64,000 bases of DNA from Octopus vulgaris (Eukaryota). Below, piece after piece: positions 42,422-53,625 of the stretch (position 1 is its first letter; each line of letters starts with the position of its first letter). Location of the stretch: contig OX597822.1 of the NCBI GenBank assembly GCA_951406725.2, positions 95,790,001-95,854,000 of the forward strand. Reading direction: 5' to 3'. The translations under genes and the position numbers were made by a program. Under the pieces are notes generated by a model. The model was not told where the DNA came from. It saw only the letters and a list, made by a program, of their open reading frames with translations, and ran no database searches.

Positions 42422-43105
42422 AGGCGGCGAGCTGGGTAGAAACGTTAGCACACCTGGCGAAATGCGTAGCCGTATTTCATCTGTCGTTAACGTTCCGAGT
42501 TCAAATTCCGCCAAGGTCGACTTTGCCTTTCATCCTTTCTGGGGTTGATAAATTAAGTACAGTTACGCTAACTGGGGTCGATATAATCGACTTAATCCCT
42601 ATGTCTGCCTTGTTTGTTCCTTCTATGCTGAGTTCCCTTGTGGGCAATAAAGAAATAAGAAACGTTAGCACGTCGGGCGAAATGCATAGCTGTATTGCAT
42701 CTGTCGTTAACATTCCTGGAGTTCAAATTCCGCCGAGGTCGACTTTGCCTTTCATCCTTTCGAGGTCGATAAATTAAGTACCAGTTACGCTCTGGGATCA
42801 ATCTAAACGATTGGCCTACTTTCCAAAAATGTCGGGCATTGTGCCTAGAATAGAAAAAAGAACAAATCAAGAAGGTGGCGAACTGGCAGAAACGTTAGCA
42901 CGCCGAGCGAAATGCGTAGCCGTATTTCATCTGTCGTTACGTTCCGAGTTCAAATTCCGCCGAGGTCGACTTTGCCTTTCATCCTTTCGATGTCGATAAA
43001 TTAAGTACCAGTTACGCACTGGGGTCGATATAATCGACTTAATCCCTTTGTCTGTCCTTCTTTGTCCTCTCTGTGTTTAGCCTCTTGTGGGTAGTAAAGA
43101 AAAAA
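42422..43105 (+). mobile_element. SINE family B composite trimer (middle unit has the old tail)
   Basis: Imperfect TSD ATATATGGACCA(G/A)CGTA at ~42404 and ~43106. Confidence 0.8.
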
Positions 43106-43199
43106 ATATATGGACCAACGTAGACATCTCCCCAGGCTACAAAAAGATAAACAGCTCTATGAAAGGATAAATAGACACAACAGAGCCTTGCAAGTAATA

Positions 43200-43772
43200 T
43201 TTTATTTTTATTTATGTGCCCTTGTCAAGCCTAGCCAGGCTCATGGGCCCGGTTTCCCGGTTTCTGTGGCGTATGTGTTCCCCCCCCTAGATGGACGGGA
43301 CACCAGTTCATCGCAGCGTTACTCAAGAAACAGGAAGAGAAAGCGAGAGAAATTTGGGCGAAAGGGTGCAACAGGCGTCGCCACCCCACCCCCTGCCGGA
43401 GCCTCGTGGAACTTTAGGTGTTTTCGCTCAATAAACACACACAACGTCCGGTCTGGGAATCGAAACCGCGATCCTCTCTCTCTTGTTTTGTTATTTTTCC
43501 TGCCCTAACCAATTTCATTTTTCAGTCAGCTGGTGCCTTCCTTGAGAAAAATAAAATTTATAGCCAGGCCATTGGGCCCGGTTTCCCGGTTTCAATGGCG
43601 TATGTGTTCCCCAGCTATCCCAGCGTTACTCATTTTTGCCAGCTGAGTGAACTGGAGCAACGTGAAATGAAGTTTTTTGCTCAAGAACACAACGCGTCGC
43701 CCAGTCAGGAATCGAAGCCACAATCTTACGATCGTGATGCTGATACCCTAACCACTAAGCCACGTGCCTCCA
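43200..43772 (-). mobile_element. SINE C variant with Meta-like tail plus an adjacent CORE-like tRNA SINE
   Basis: Family C body followed by CTGCGATGAACTGGTGTCCCGTCCA...GAAACCGGGAAACCGGGCCC. A second head ends at ~43772. Confidence 0.6.
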
Positions 43773-43927
43773 CGCAAGTAATATTGGCCGTATCAATAGA
43801 TACACTAGATATCAATAGACTAAACGACTTGATCTATTTAACAGCTGTAGTGATATTCAGGGAAACTGGACCTGACCCTTACAAAATCCCTTCCTAATCT
43901 CAAACCCCAAAATGGAAACAGATCATA

Positions 43928-44275
43928 ACAAGAGCACTCAGAGAGCGTAAACCTCCACTAAGTTAACACCAACGTCCTCTCAACGATTAGCCAAAGAGGA
44001 TTTTTTAAAATGAAAATATCTGAAATAAACTCGACTGCTCACACAAACGAGAGTACTAAAATGAACCCAACCGCTATCAAAAAAATTTTTAAAAAAGGAA
44101 AAAAAAGGGGTAAAATTATCCCGTATCCTTGTCCTGTACCGTATCGATCTCAAAATCTAATAAGTTTGTGCCAGTCACGAGGCCAAACATCGCTGAATGT
44201 TTCTTCCGAATCCATCCTGCGGTTCTTGTGACATATTGAAAAAAACACCTCCGCCTTAGAGAAGGCGGGGGTAAT
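43928..44275 (+). mobile_element. DINE-1/Helentron-like non-autonomous element
   Basis: Starts AACAAGAG and ends with hairpin CCTCCGCCTT-AGAG-AAGGCGGGGG then TAA. Confidence 0.55.
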
Positions 44276-44689
44276 AAATAAAATTCAAAAACAAAAGAAA
44301 GCCTCATCACTACTTTGTGAACTAGAGAAAAACGGAGTCAAATATGAAAAATAAATAAAATGGCTCATATAACAGAATAATACAACGTAAAAACTAAAGA
44401 GAATATCTGGAAGTTAAAAGAAAAAATTAGGCAAGGCAAAGTAATTAACACCTGCACATAAAACGGTGTGAAAAACGGGAGCTCTTGTTCCAACAAAATA
44501 GAGAGTTCAAAATAAACACAAAAAGTAATTACAGAAAGTTTTTAAAAAAAGAAAACTATGTCAATAGATGCCTTGCCAACAACATCAGCAATTCAGGCAT
44601 AATGGCGGTGCCCCAGCATGGCCACAGCTCATTAGCCTGAAACTGGATAAATCAAAATCAAAATCAAATCATACCGGGAAGCAATATGG

Positions 44690-45026
44690 AGCATACCAAA
44701 AAAACAACAAAAATGCTCAGTGGATTAATAGGGAAAATGAAAGAACAAAATAGAACCACAGATAATGTGGCCCACCATCACAGACCAAGAGATCATGCGC
44801 ACACTGAGGAGTACCAGCGACTGGAAAATTCGAGAGTATAGAAAAGGCCCATAACTTCTGGTTGAAACACCTCACCACTTCCCATATCTACTTAGCGGCA
44901 GCATTCCTTTTATCGGTAAGTGAGCCAGAATCAACACCAAACTGGATGCTGGAAGAACAAACGACCCTAATTCCTAAACACAAAGACACCGTATACCCAC
45001 AAAAATTACTGACCAATAACATGCCG
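44690..45026 (+). pseudogene. R4/Dong-like non-LTR RT fragment, cut by the assembly gap
   Basis: HNFWLKHLTTSH...TPNWMLEEQTTLIPKHKDT resembles the region upstream of RT in RLE elements. Confidence 0.6.
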
Positions 45027-45126
45027 NNNNNNNNNNNNNNNNNNNNNNNNNNNNNNNNNNNNNNNNNNNNNNNNNNNNNNNNNNNNNNNNNNNNNNNNNN
45101 NNNNNNNNNNNNNNNNNNNNNNNNNN
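45027..45126. other. Assembly gap (100 N)
   Basis: N run. Confidence 1.
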
Positions 45127-45310
45127 AGCACCGCCTTTTTTTAATCGAGCAACTCGACCCCGGAGCTTATTCTTTGTAAGCCCAGTACTTATTCTATCGG
45201 TCTTTTTGCCGAACCGCTAAGTGACGGGGACATAAACACACCAGCATCGGTTGTCAAGCAATGCTAGGGGGACAAACACAGACACACAAACATACACACA
45301 CGCCAATATA

Positions 45311-45352
<42 letters not shown>

Positions 45353-45501
45353 CATATATACGACAGGCTTCTTTCAGTTTCCGTCTACCAAATCCACTCA
45401 CAAGGCTTTGGTCGGCCCGAGGCTATAGTAGAAGACACTTGCCCAAGATGCCACGCATGGGGACTGAACCCGGAACCATGTGGTTGGTTAGCAAGCTACT
45501 T
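45127..45501 (-). mobile_element. SINE family A, 3' part (5' head continues at 51963-52000)
   Basis: Interrupted at GGTTAGCAAGCTACTT by the Tx1 element. Confidence 0.9.
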
Positions 45502-45731
45502 TATTTCATATAATTTGCCATTTAGGCATTTACAAAGATAGGGGACAAACAAGGACAGACAAATATAAAGGGTGAAGTAGCTTAACACAGTTACAATTTT
45601 CGAATGAAATTACGGATAAGATTATAAACAATGAATTTTTCGAAGGCAATGTTTAAAAATATTAATGATCATGTCGAAGGACGGACACCCAGCCATCCGG
45701 GTAGAACCTTTACTTTCTGATCCGGTCACAC

Positions 45732-48700
45732 TTACCTGGTGCCAAACATACCCATCTTGTATGCCACAGGCTTCCATCTTTTCACAAACATATCTCGTGA
45801 CAGACACCTCTTCTCCAGCCTGATTTTGCTACTGAGGTGGTAACTAAAAAAGTTAATCAACCCCTGGCCGGAGACAAAGGTGCCTGTCACTATACCTTTC
45901 GTACGCGTCTTCCATACTGTTTCTTTCAGTATGGCTACTACACAGAAAAAACAAGCCTTTCTTTCCCTGTTAAGGAAAGGGGGCGGCACAATCTCGATGA
46001 TAGACTCAGCTGATAGCTGTACTCTTCCCATCACTGACAACAGTTGTTCTACAAAAGCTATCAGTCCCGATAACTCCGGACACTCCACGAATGCGTGCAA
46101 GACGGTCTCCCTATCCTGCTCACATCGCGGGCATGTCGGCGAGACGGCACTACCGTGCCTTGACAGCTTGTCGCGAACAGGTAAAGCCGCACGGAAACAC
46201 TGCCAGGCTAGGGATTTCTGGTAATTATCCAGATACCCCGGCCCGAACGTCCTCCGGAACAGGTTGATCAACTGATTTTCATCGTAGCCCAGGGTCTCCC
46301 CCAAGGCGTCTTCGGACTTAATCTCCACTAACCCGCTATAGAAATCCGTGGTGGAACTCCTGTTGCCGGCGTTGCCCACCCGAGATAGTAGCTGGAGCGC
46401 CTGACGGCACTCCAAATGCCATTCACTCAGTTTAGGTCTCCGCTTGATCCATGCACCGATGTCCGTTAGGGATGTTAACTGGGGAAGGTAGAACCGGACG
46501 TGCGGCGACCACACCTGCTCTCCATCCAGGTAAAGCCAGAGGTGCCTCAACCTTAACGCGAGTTTTCGCATCCTCAGCCAAGGCATCCCTAGCCCACCCT
46601 TTAGCGGTTTCTGGCAGCAGACAGAGCGCTTTACAAGGGCTTTTCCTCCTTTCCACAAAAATCGGAAAAGGATTCTCTCCAACTTGTTCAGCCACAAATC
46701 GGGGCAAGGCACCACGGTCAGACGGTAGGTGATTACTGATGCTATAAACATCTGCACCACCTCCGCCTTCCCTAGCAGGGATAACGCTCCCGCCCAGACC
46801 AGGTCTGGGTTAGAGCGGTCACCTTGTTGGCCACCTCACTCCAATTTTTCTCAATCTGGAGGTCTGGCCCGAACCAGACTCCGAGCAGCTTAACAGGACC
46901 TTCCGTCCAACGCCCTACGACGTTATTGGACGGCATCGGCTTGCCCCTCCAGGTGCCGAGTTGCAAACCGACCGACTTGTCCTTGTTAACCTTTTGCTCC
47001 TGCCACCGCCTCGTAGCTTTTTATGGCCTCTTCCACCACTGGAAGCTGGCCTTCGTCTGCCACGATGATGGAGGTGTCATCCGCATACGCCGTAGCTCCT
47101 CTTCCACACCATAGATCATGCGGCGCGCCTCCTAGTGCCTCCAACTTCCGCAGCAAAGGCTCAAGAGCCAATACGTATAGGAGCGAGGACAGGGGACACC
47201 CTTGACGAACTGAACGCTCGATCCTGAACGGCTTCGAAAAGGAACCGTTCACCTTGACTACAGACTCGATGTCGCTATACAAAGCAGCGATCCAACCTCG
47301 AAAGGTCGGGCCTAGGCCAGCCTCTCCGAGGACCGCCGCCAGGTACCGATGGTCGACCCTATCAAATGCTTTGGACTGGTCTAAATGTACCAGTGCTCCC
47401 CCTGCGCCAGAAAGCTTCCCCACCCTCTCTAAGGAGTAGCGTATAAGGTGGAGATTGTCGTGGATCGTTCTGCCGGGGATAGCGCACGTTTGCGCTTCCC
47501 CGACAAGTTTGTCCACGACCCGCGCCAACCTTTTGCTAGCACCTTGGCTAGAATCTTTAACTCTGTGTTTAACAGAGTTATGGGCCTGAAGTTCCCTATC
47601 TCGTCCCCCTTGTTCGGGTCCTTCCTGATCAAGGTCACCGCCCCCCGGCTCGCAGACTTGGGAATTCTCCCATTCTGCTGCCAGTTGGCGTAGACGCTAG
47701 CCAGCAGGTGCCCGAACAAGTTTGGCATACTTCTATAAAATTCATAGGGCAGACCATCGAGACCCGGCGACTTCTCCCCGGGGCACTTGCCCAACACCTC
47801 GATTACTTCCTCGGCTGTGATTGGCCCTTCACAGCACTTCAGCCTCTCGTGTCGAGAGGCGCGGGCCACCAGACAGGAAGTCCCTAAGGGCCTCACCATG
47901 ATCCAGCGTCCCGCACCTCCCCCGAACAACTCGGCGAAGTGCTTGTGGAGTGCCTCACACATCTCGTCCCGCTTCTTGATCGTGCATCCGTTTTCATCAA
48001 CAAGAGACCCAATTGTGGCATCGTTTCCACGCTGTGTTTCTATCGTACGGGCCCATCCGGCAACATTAATTCCCTCACGGCCCAATGCTCGTACTTTAGC
48101 CCGGACTCTACATCCCTCATGTTTGGTTTTGAGGTGACGGTCTAATGCCGTTCTCGCCGCTAAAATGTGAGATGCAGAGCCCAACCTCAACGCCTCCTCT
48201 AAGTTCTTAACTAGTTGCCCTTCTATTCTAGCCCTATCTAGTGTTAGTTGTTTACTAAATCTAATGGACTCGAATCGAATGGCTCTTTTGAGGGTGAACC
48301 ACCACCGGTTATTAACCACGGCTCCGGTTAACGCCCTCTGCACTAACACCTTAATCCGGCTACGGTATGCCTCGCGTGTCAAAATAGACTTGTTCAGCTT
48401 CCAGTAGCCGGTTCCTATCTTAAGTGTGCTTATCTATGTCCAGTCTACACGTGACCATTCTATGGTCAGTATAGGGCACCTGGACGAGCTGTGGACAACT
48501 AAAACTAGACTTATCTCTAGTTCTTATCACTATCCTGTCTAGATAAGACTTGAACCTTCCGTCGCCACTCATCCAGGTCCACTCTGGGACGTTCGGATGG
48601 TCAAGTCTGTAACGATCTGCTAGCTGAAACCGCTTAAGCAGATCCACGAGACGTGAGTTCACTTTCCTATAGATCGAGCCAACGCTATCGATGTGTACGT

Positions 48701-49140
48701 CAACGATAGCATTAAAGTCCCCTAATATCACTAAAGTCTTCGACGTCACGAGAAAGCCCTCTAGGCGCCGATAAAAATCAGTTTGAAACCTCTAGCACAA
48801 GGTGCATAGAGTCCGATTAACCTGAAGGCCTTACTGCTGTATGTCACATCAAGGACGACCAGCCCACCTTCTGGGTCTACATAGACTGTACTTGTCTGTA
48901 GAGCCAAGTCTTTACGGATCAGTACCACTACGCCCCCTCGCCCTCCGGTCTGGCCAGGAGACATGATTTTCTCGTAGCCATTCAGGAGAGGCGAGAAGGT
49001 TTGTAGGCTGTCCAGCTTGGTCTCTGTAGCAACCATCACATGTATATCATGTGATCTGAGGTCGTCGAGGAAACAAGCCTGCTTCCACTCGAACTCAGAC
49101 CACGCACATTTAAACAACCAAGGTTAAGCTGCGAAGCCAT
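45732..49140 (-). pseudogene. Tx1 ORF2 (APE + RT + C-terminal CCHC), several single-base frameshifts
   Basis: LNVRGL, ATETKL, LGDFNA, SYLDRI, TDHR, KSPGLDGLP, NFRPITLLN, LDQSKAFDRV, VRQGCPLS, AYADD, GGLGMP, CPRC...HAFVEC. Confidence 0.92.
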
Positions 49141-49160
49141 TACAAAAGTAAAGGTTCTAC

Positions 49161-50560
49161 TTACATTTCGTTGGAGAGGTGGGGGCCGACCTCACCACAC
49201 GTTTGTGGGCCCCTTCTTTCTCCTCTTTCTTCAGATAGTCCGGCAAGTTCGCGATATGCCTTGATGGCGTTTGGGTGTCTGTCTTTTAATTGTTTGAACG
49301 TTGTTTCCGCAATCCACGCGTGTCTATTTCGATCTTTGTATTTGTTGTACAGTCTTGCTGACTGATGCTGAACCACAATATCGTTTATGTATTTGTCTTG
49401 TGTGTCGAATTCAATTAATATGAGTTCATTTTCTTTTTTGTCTTCTTTTTCTGGGCCAGTTGAGCGGGATTTTTTTTCCGTGTCTGTGGTGTGTCTTTGT
49501 TTTTATTATTTTTTGTAGGGGATGTGGACGGGGATGCTGCACGAATTCTTTTACGAACTGGTGTAAATCCCCCCTCTGATACCTCCATGGTATCGTCTGT
49601 GGTAGCAATAGTTTGTTCGGTAGGCGCCGCAGTTTTTAGGGGGGTGGGAGGTTTTAATAGTGTAGGGGTTTGTGAGTGCGAGGGTTGGGTTTTTTCTTCA
49701 GTCTGTTTTGGGGTTGGCACCGTAACAGCAGGAGTGGGATTTTTTGTTTTTGTAGGGGTAGGTGTGTTTGCAAGGGTAGGGACTTTTTTATTATCTGAGG
49801 GGCCTGGTGTCTGCGGTTTCTTTTGCTTGTCTGGACAGTCTACACGAATGTGGCCCTTTTTGTTGCAGGCGTAACAGGTGGGTTTTCGGCCTTCGACCTG
49901 TACCCTGAGGGCTACGTTCTCGCCCACGAGCACCCTCTCAGGAAGGAGCTGCAGGTCCTCCGCTGTTCCTTGAATTAATATATTAATGTTACGCCCGAGC
50001 CAAAATCGAGGGGTAGAGCATGTTACTTCTAGTATTTTTATTTTGTCCGCCCTTTTATATAACAGGGCGGCCACTACCTCTACCGGATCTACGTCCGGCG
50101 GGGCTTCTACAATCCTGACCCGGGACGATCTGCGTCCCCTATAGCTTGGAAAAAGTACCACCTCCTTGGTTTTTAGGGGGTTCACAGAATGCCCGCGGGC
50201 CATTTCTTCCCCCGAGAAGCGGACATCCACAGTGCCATATGCCCGTCCCCTGGCGACGTACACGATGTCCTTCCAAATCGGGGACAGGCATTTCTCGATG
50301 GTGCTTTTTTCAAAGTGTTTGAACCTTCTGCTTTGTGGACAGAAAGTTTTAAACACTACGGTCCGCTTCTCGGTCTCCACGATACTGGCGGAGGGTGATA
50401 TTTTAACATCACCACCCTCCTCTTGCATTCTTTTAAATAGCTCGACGAGCTGGTTGACATCGATGTTAATCTTCTCGGTAGCCACTGCGGCTACCTCAGA
50501 AAATTTTTTAACATTGCTCTCCTCAAGAGCACTACTTTCGTGAATAATTTCAACAGACAT
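49161..50560 (-). CDS. Tx1 ORF1 (gag-like, CCHC knuckle), frameshift near 49430
   Basis: CYACNKKGHIRVDC and a Pro/Thr-rich linker. Continues in a shifted frame as ENELILIEFDTQ...VQHQSARL. Confidence 0.85.
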
Positions 50561-50570
50561 TATTCTGTTG

Positions 50571-51605
50571 AAATAGACTTGTTCAGCTTCCAGTAGCCGG
50601 TTCCTATCTTAAGTGTGCTATCTATGTCCAGTCTACACGTGACCATTCTATGGTCAGTATAGGGCACCTGGACGAGCTGTGGACAACTAAAACTAGACTT
50701 ATCTCTAGTTCTTATCACTATCCTGTCTAGATAAGACTTGAACCTTCCGTCGCCACTCATCCAGGTCCACTCTGGGACGTTCGGATGGTCAAGTCTGTAA
50801 CGATCTGCTAGCTGAAACCGCTTAAGCAGATCCACGAGACGTGAGTTCACTTTCCTATAGATCGAGCCAACGCTATCGATGTGTACGTCAACGATAGCAT
50901 TAAAGTCCCCTAATATCACTAAAGTCTTCGACGTCACGAGAAAGCCCTCTAGGCGCCGATAAAAATCAGTTTGGAAACCTCTAGCACAAGGTGCATAGAG
51001 TCCGATTAACCTGAAGGCCTTACTGCTGTATGTCACATCAAGGACGACCAGCCCACCTTCTGGGTCTACATAGACTGTACTTGTCTGTAGAGCCAAGTCT
51101 TTACGGATCAGTACCACTACGCCCCCTCGCCCTCCGGTCTGGCCAGGAGACATGATTTTCTCGTAGCCATTCAGGAGAGGCGAGAAGGTTTGTAGGCTGT
51201 CCAGCTTGGTCTCTGTAGCAACCATCACATGTATATCATGTGATCTGAGGTCGTCGAGGAAACAAGCCTGCTTCCACTTCGAACTCAGACCACGCACATT
51301 TAAACAACCAAGGTTAAGCGAAGCCATTACAAAAGTAAAGGTTCTACTTACATTTCGTTGGAGAGGTGGGGGCCGACCTCACCACACGTTTGTGGGCCCC
51401 TTCTTTCTCCTCTTCTTCAGATAGTCCGGCAAGTTCGCGATATGCCGGATGGCGTTTGGGTGTCTGTCTTTTAATTGTTTGAACGTTGTTTCCGCAATCC
51501 ACGCGTGTCTATTTCGATCTTTGTATTTGTTGTACAGTCTTGCTGACTGATGCTGAACCACAATATCGTTTATGTATTTGTCTTGTGTGTCGAATTCAAT
51601 TAATA
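50571..51605 (-). repeat. Duplicate of 48382-49420 (ORF1 C-terminus + APE domain)
   Basis: Near-identical ~1035 bp. Encodes an uninterrupted 255-aa APE ORF (50560-51327). Confidence 0.95.
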
Positions 51606-51962
51606 CGAATATTGGTTTCCCACAAAACTGGGAAACCTATAGAAAGTTTTTCTTCCAAAGTAGTTCAAAAAAGCAGTTCAAAAATTCCAATTCCCACCCC
51701 CATTCGGGGGAGGGGCACGAAAATAGTCTGGCAGGACTATATATAGTCACGTAAATAAAAAGCCACAGTGGCTAACAGTTCAACGGTAAGAAATTATTCA
51801 ATTATTTCCCGGTAAAACCGGAGAACAAGACAGTTCAGCAACGTTTAAAGGCAAATTTTCAGTAGTAGGAATTCAACAATTAACAACACAGCAAAACTCT
51901 TACCGGGAAGAAAACGCGTCCAAACCGTAGTACGGTAGGCAAAGTCACTCTTCTGTCAGTGA

Positions 51963-52000
51963 GGTTAGCAAGCTACTTACCACACAGCCACTCCTGCGCC
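51963..52000 (-). mobile_element. SINE family A 5' head (other half of the interrupted copy)
   Basis: GGTTAGCAAGCTACTTACCACACAGCCACTCCTGCGCC. Confidence 0.9.
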
Positions 52001-52492
52001 TCCTTGTATATTTGTTCAAAGAAACTGGTTACAGTAACAAACTTCAGCCCACCTACTTCATCATGAAAATCTAGACAGACACCACATAATGTTACCTACT
52101 AGCGCTTAAAGCAGTGATAATTCTATCTAACGATAGAGTATTTCGTTAACCACTTTTGTTCTTTTCAGGTGAACAATGCCAAATTCATTATGCAAAAAGA
52201 TACATGAGATCAAATCGCACCAGATCAAGCTTCAAATTTATCCCTACCTCAATGTGTATATTGTTCTTACACTCGAAATAAGCTCTTATCCGGAAGATCT
52301 AACAGCAAAGATGTTCAAATCGTGACATATTCCGGAATATAACTAGGAGTATATTATCCAGTATATTGGTCTCTTACACACGCACACACACATATATATT
52401 TATACATGCACGCGCGCGCACACACATATTTATATAGTATGTATATATAATATATATTTGTGTCTATGTTTGTATGTGCGCGTGTGTGTGTG

Positions 52493-52775
52493 AAGGCCCG
52501 TGGCTTACTTAGCGGTTAGGGCATTCAGCTCAAGATCGCAAGGTCTTGAGTTCAATTCCCCGTGACGCGTTGTGTCCTTGGGCAAGACACTTTATTTTCA
52601 CGTTGCTCCAGTTCACTCAGCTGACAAAATAGATTAGTATCTTGACGCTGAAGTTCCAGTGAACTACGTTAAGGGTACACGTGTCTGTGTGGCCACTTGC
52701 ACGTTGACTCCCTGAGCAAGTTGTTCTGTTGATCGGACCAACTGGAACCTTTGTCGTCGCAACTGACAGACTGCC
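52493..52775 (+). mobile_element. tRNA SINE with CORE-like body and C-type tail
   Basis: GAGTTCAATTCCC B box, GTGTCCTTGGGCAAGACAC, CAGTTCACTCAGCTG. A diverged relative lies at 53760-54055. Confidence 0.65.
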
Positions 52776-52789
52776 AGTATATATATATA

Positions 52790-53086
52790 TCACCGTGACC
52801 ACCGTGACCGACCAGGCTATCAGATGTTGTTACACATCGCCGGTCACAATGCGCTTCGCATTGTTTTAGCCTTCAAATGACGCCAGCCCACTGGCCAACA
52901 GTAGAAAGAGTAAGAAAAAGTTGTGACGAAAGAGTACAGCAGGGATCGCCACCACCACCCTGCCGGAGCCTCGTGGAGCTTTAGGTGTTTTCGCTCAATA
53001 AACACTCACAACGCCCGGTCTGGGAATCGAAACCGCGATCCTACGACCGCGAGTTCGCTGCCCTAACCACTGGGCCATTGCGCCTC

Positions 53087-53088
<2 letters not shown>
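52790..53088 (-). mobile_element. SINE family C, TCACGGTGA(TA)n tail variant
   Basis: Matches 19930-20225. Confidence 0.85.
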
Positions 53089-53173
<85 letters not shown>

Positions 53174-53174
<1 letters not shown>

Positions 53175-53625
53175 GTAATTAAGGGTTCAGCAACGATTTG
53201 CCTCACCACACACCGAATTTAGAAATAGCAGTCAAAGAGTTATAGCTATTCTTTCTACTAAAAGGGAGATCTCATAACTCTGATACTGAGTTGAGATGAT
53301 GCCTTCTAGTATCTCGAAATTTAATATACAATTATTCATAATTGTAGTGTCCTACGCTGATGAGAAAAGAAGTTGGGTAAGACATAATTATCTAATTCTT
53401 ATGCTTTCCTAAAACTTTATTTCGAAACGTACGTCCGTAGGTGACTTAAAATTGTATGATAGATTGCCGTCATTTCTTTCTCTCTTGCCTGTCTGTGTTT
53501 GCCTTTCAAGTGCTGTGGTTTTACTGAGATCTCCCTTTTAGTAGAAAGAATAGCTATAACTCTTTGACTGCTATTTCTAAATTCGGTGTGTGGTGAGGCA
53601 AATCGTTGCTAAACCCTTAATTACT
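53174..53625. mobile_element. Penelope-like terminal remnant: ~101-bp inverted repeats around a hammerhead
   Basis: Arms 53174-53274 and 53525-53625 are near-perfect reverse complements. Confidence 0.7.
53351..53441 (+). ncRNA. Type I hammerhead ribozyme, intact core
   Basis: Stem I CCTACG/CGTAGG, CTGATGA (53357-53363), long stem II closed by G-C, GAAA (53424-53427), palindromic stem III CGTACG, GTC cleavage triplet. Confidence 0.85.

Larger units (their letters stand above)
45502..51962 (-). mobile_element. L1/Tx1-clade LINE, full length with internal duplication, 16-bp TSD
   Basis: TSD GGTTAGCAAGCTACTT at 45486-45501 and 51963-51978. Contains a 5'UTR, ORF1 with zinc knuckle and ORF2 APE-RT-CCHC. 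Confidence 0.93.

Noticed and set aside
52155-52270. Splice-acceptor-like TTTTGTTCTTTTCAG
   Set aside because: No convincing donor or recognisable peptide; a small host exon cannot be excluded without RNA data.
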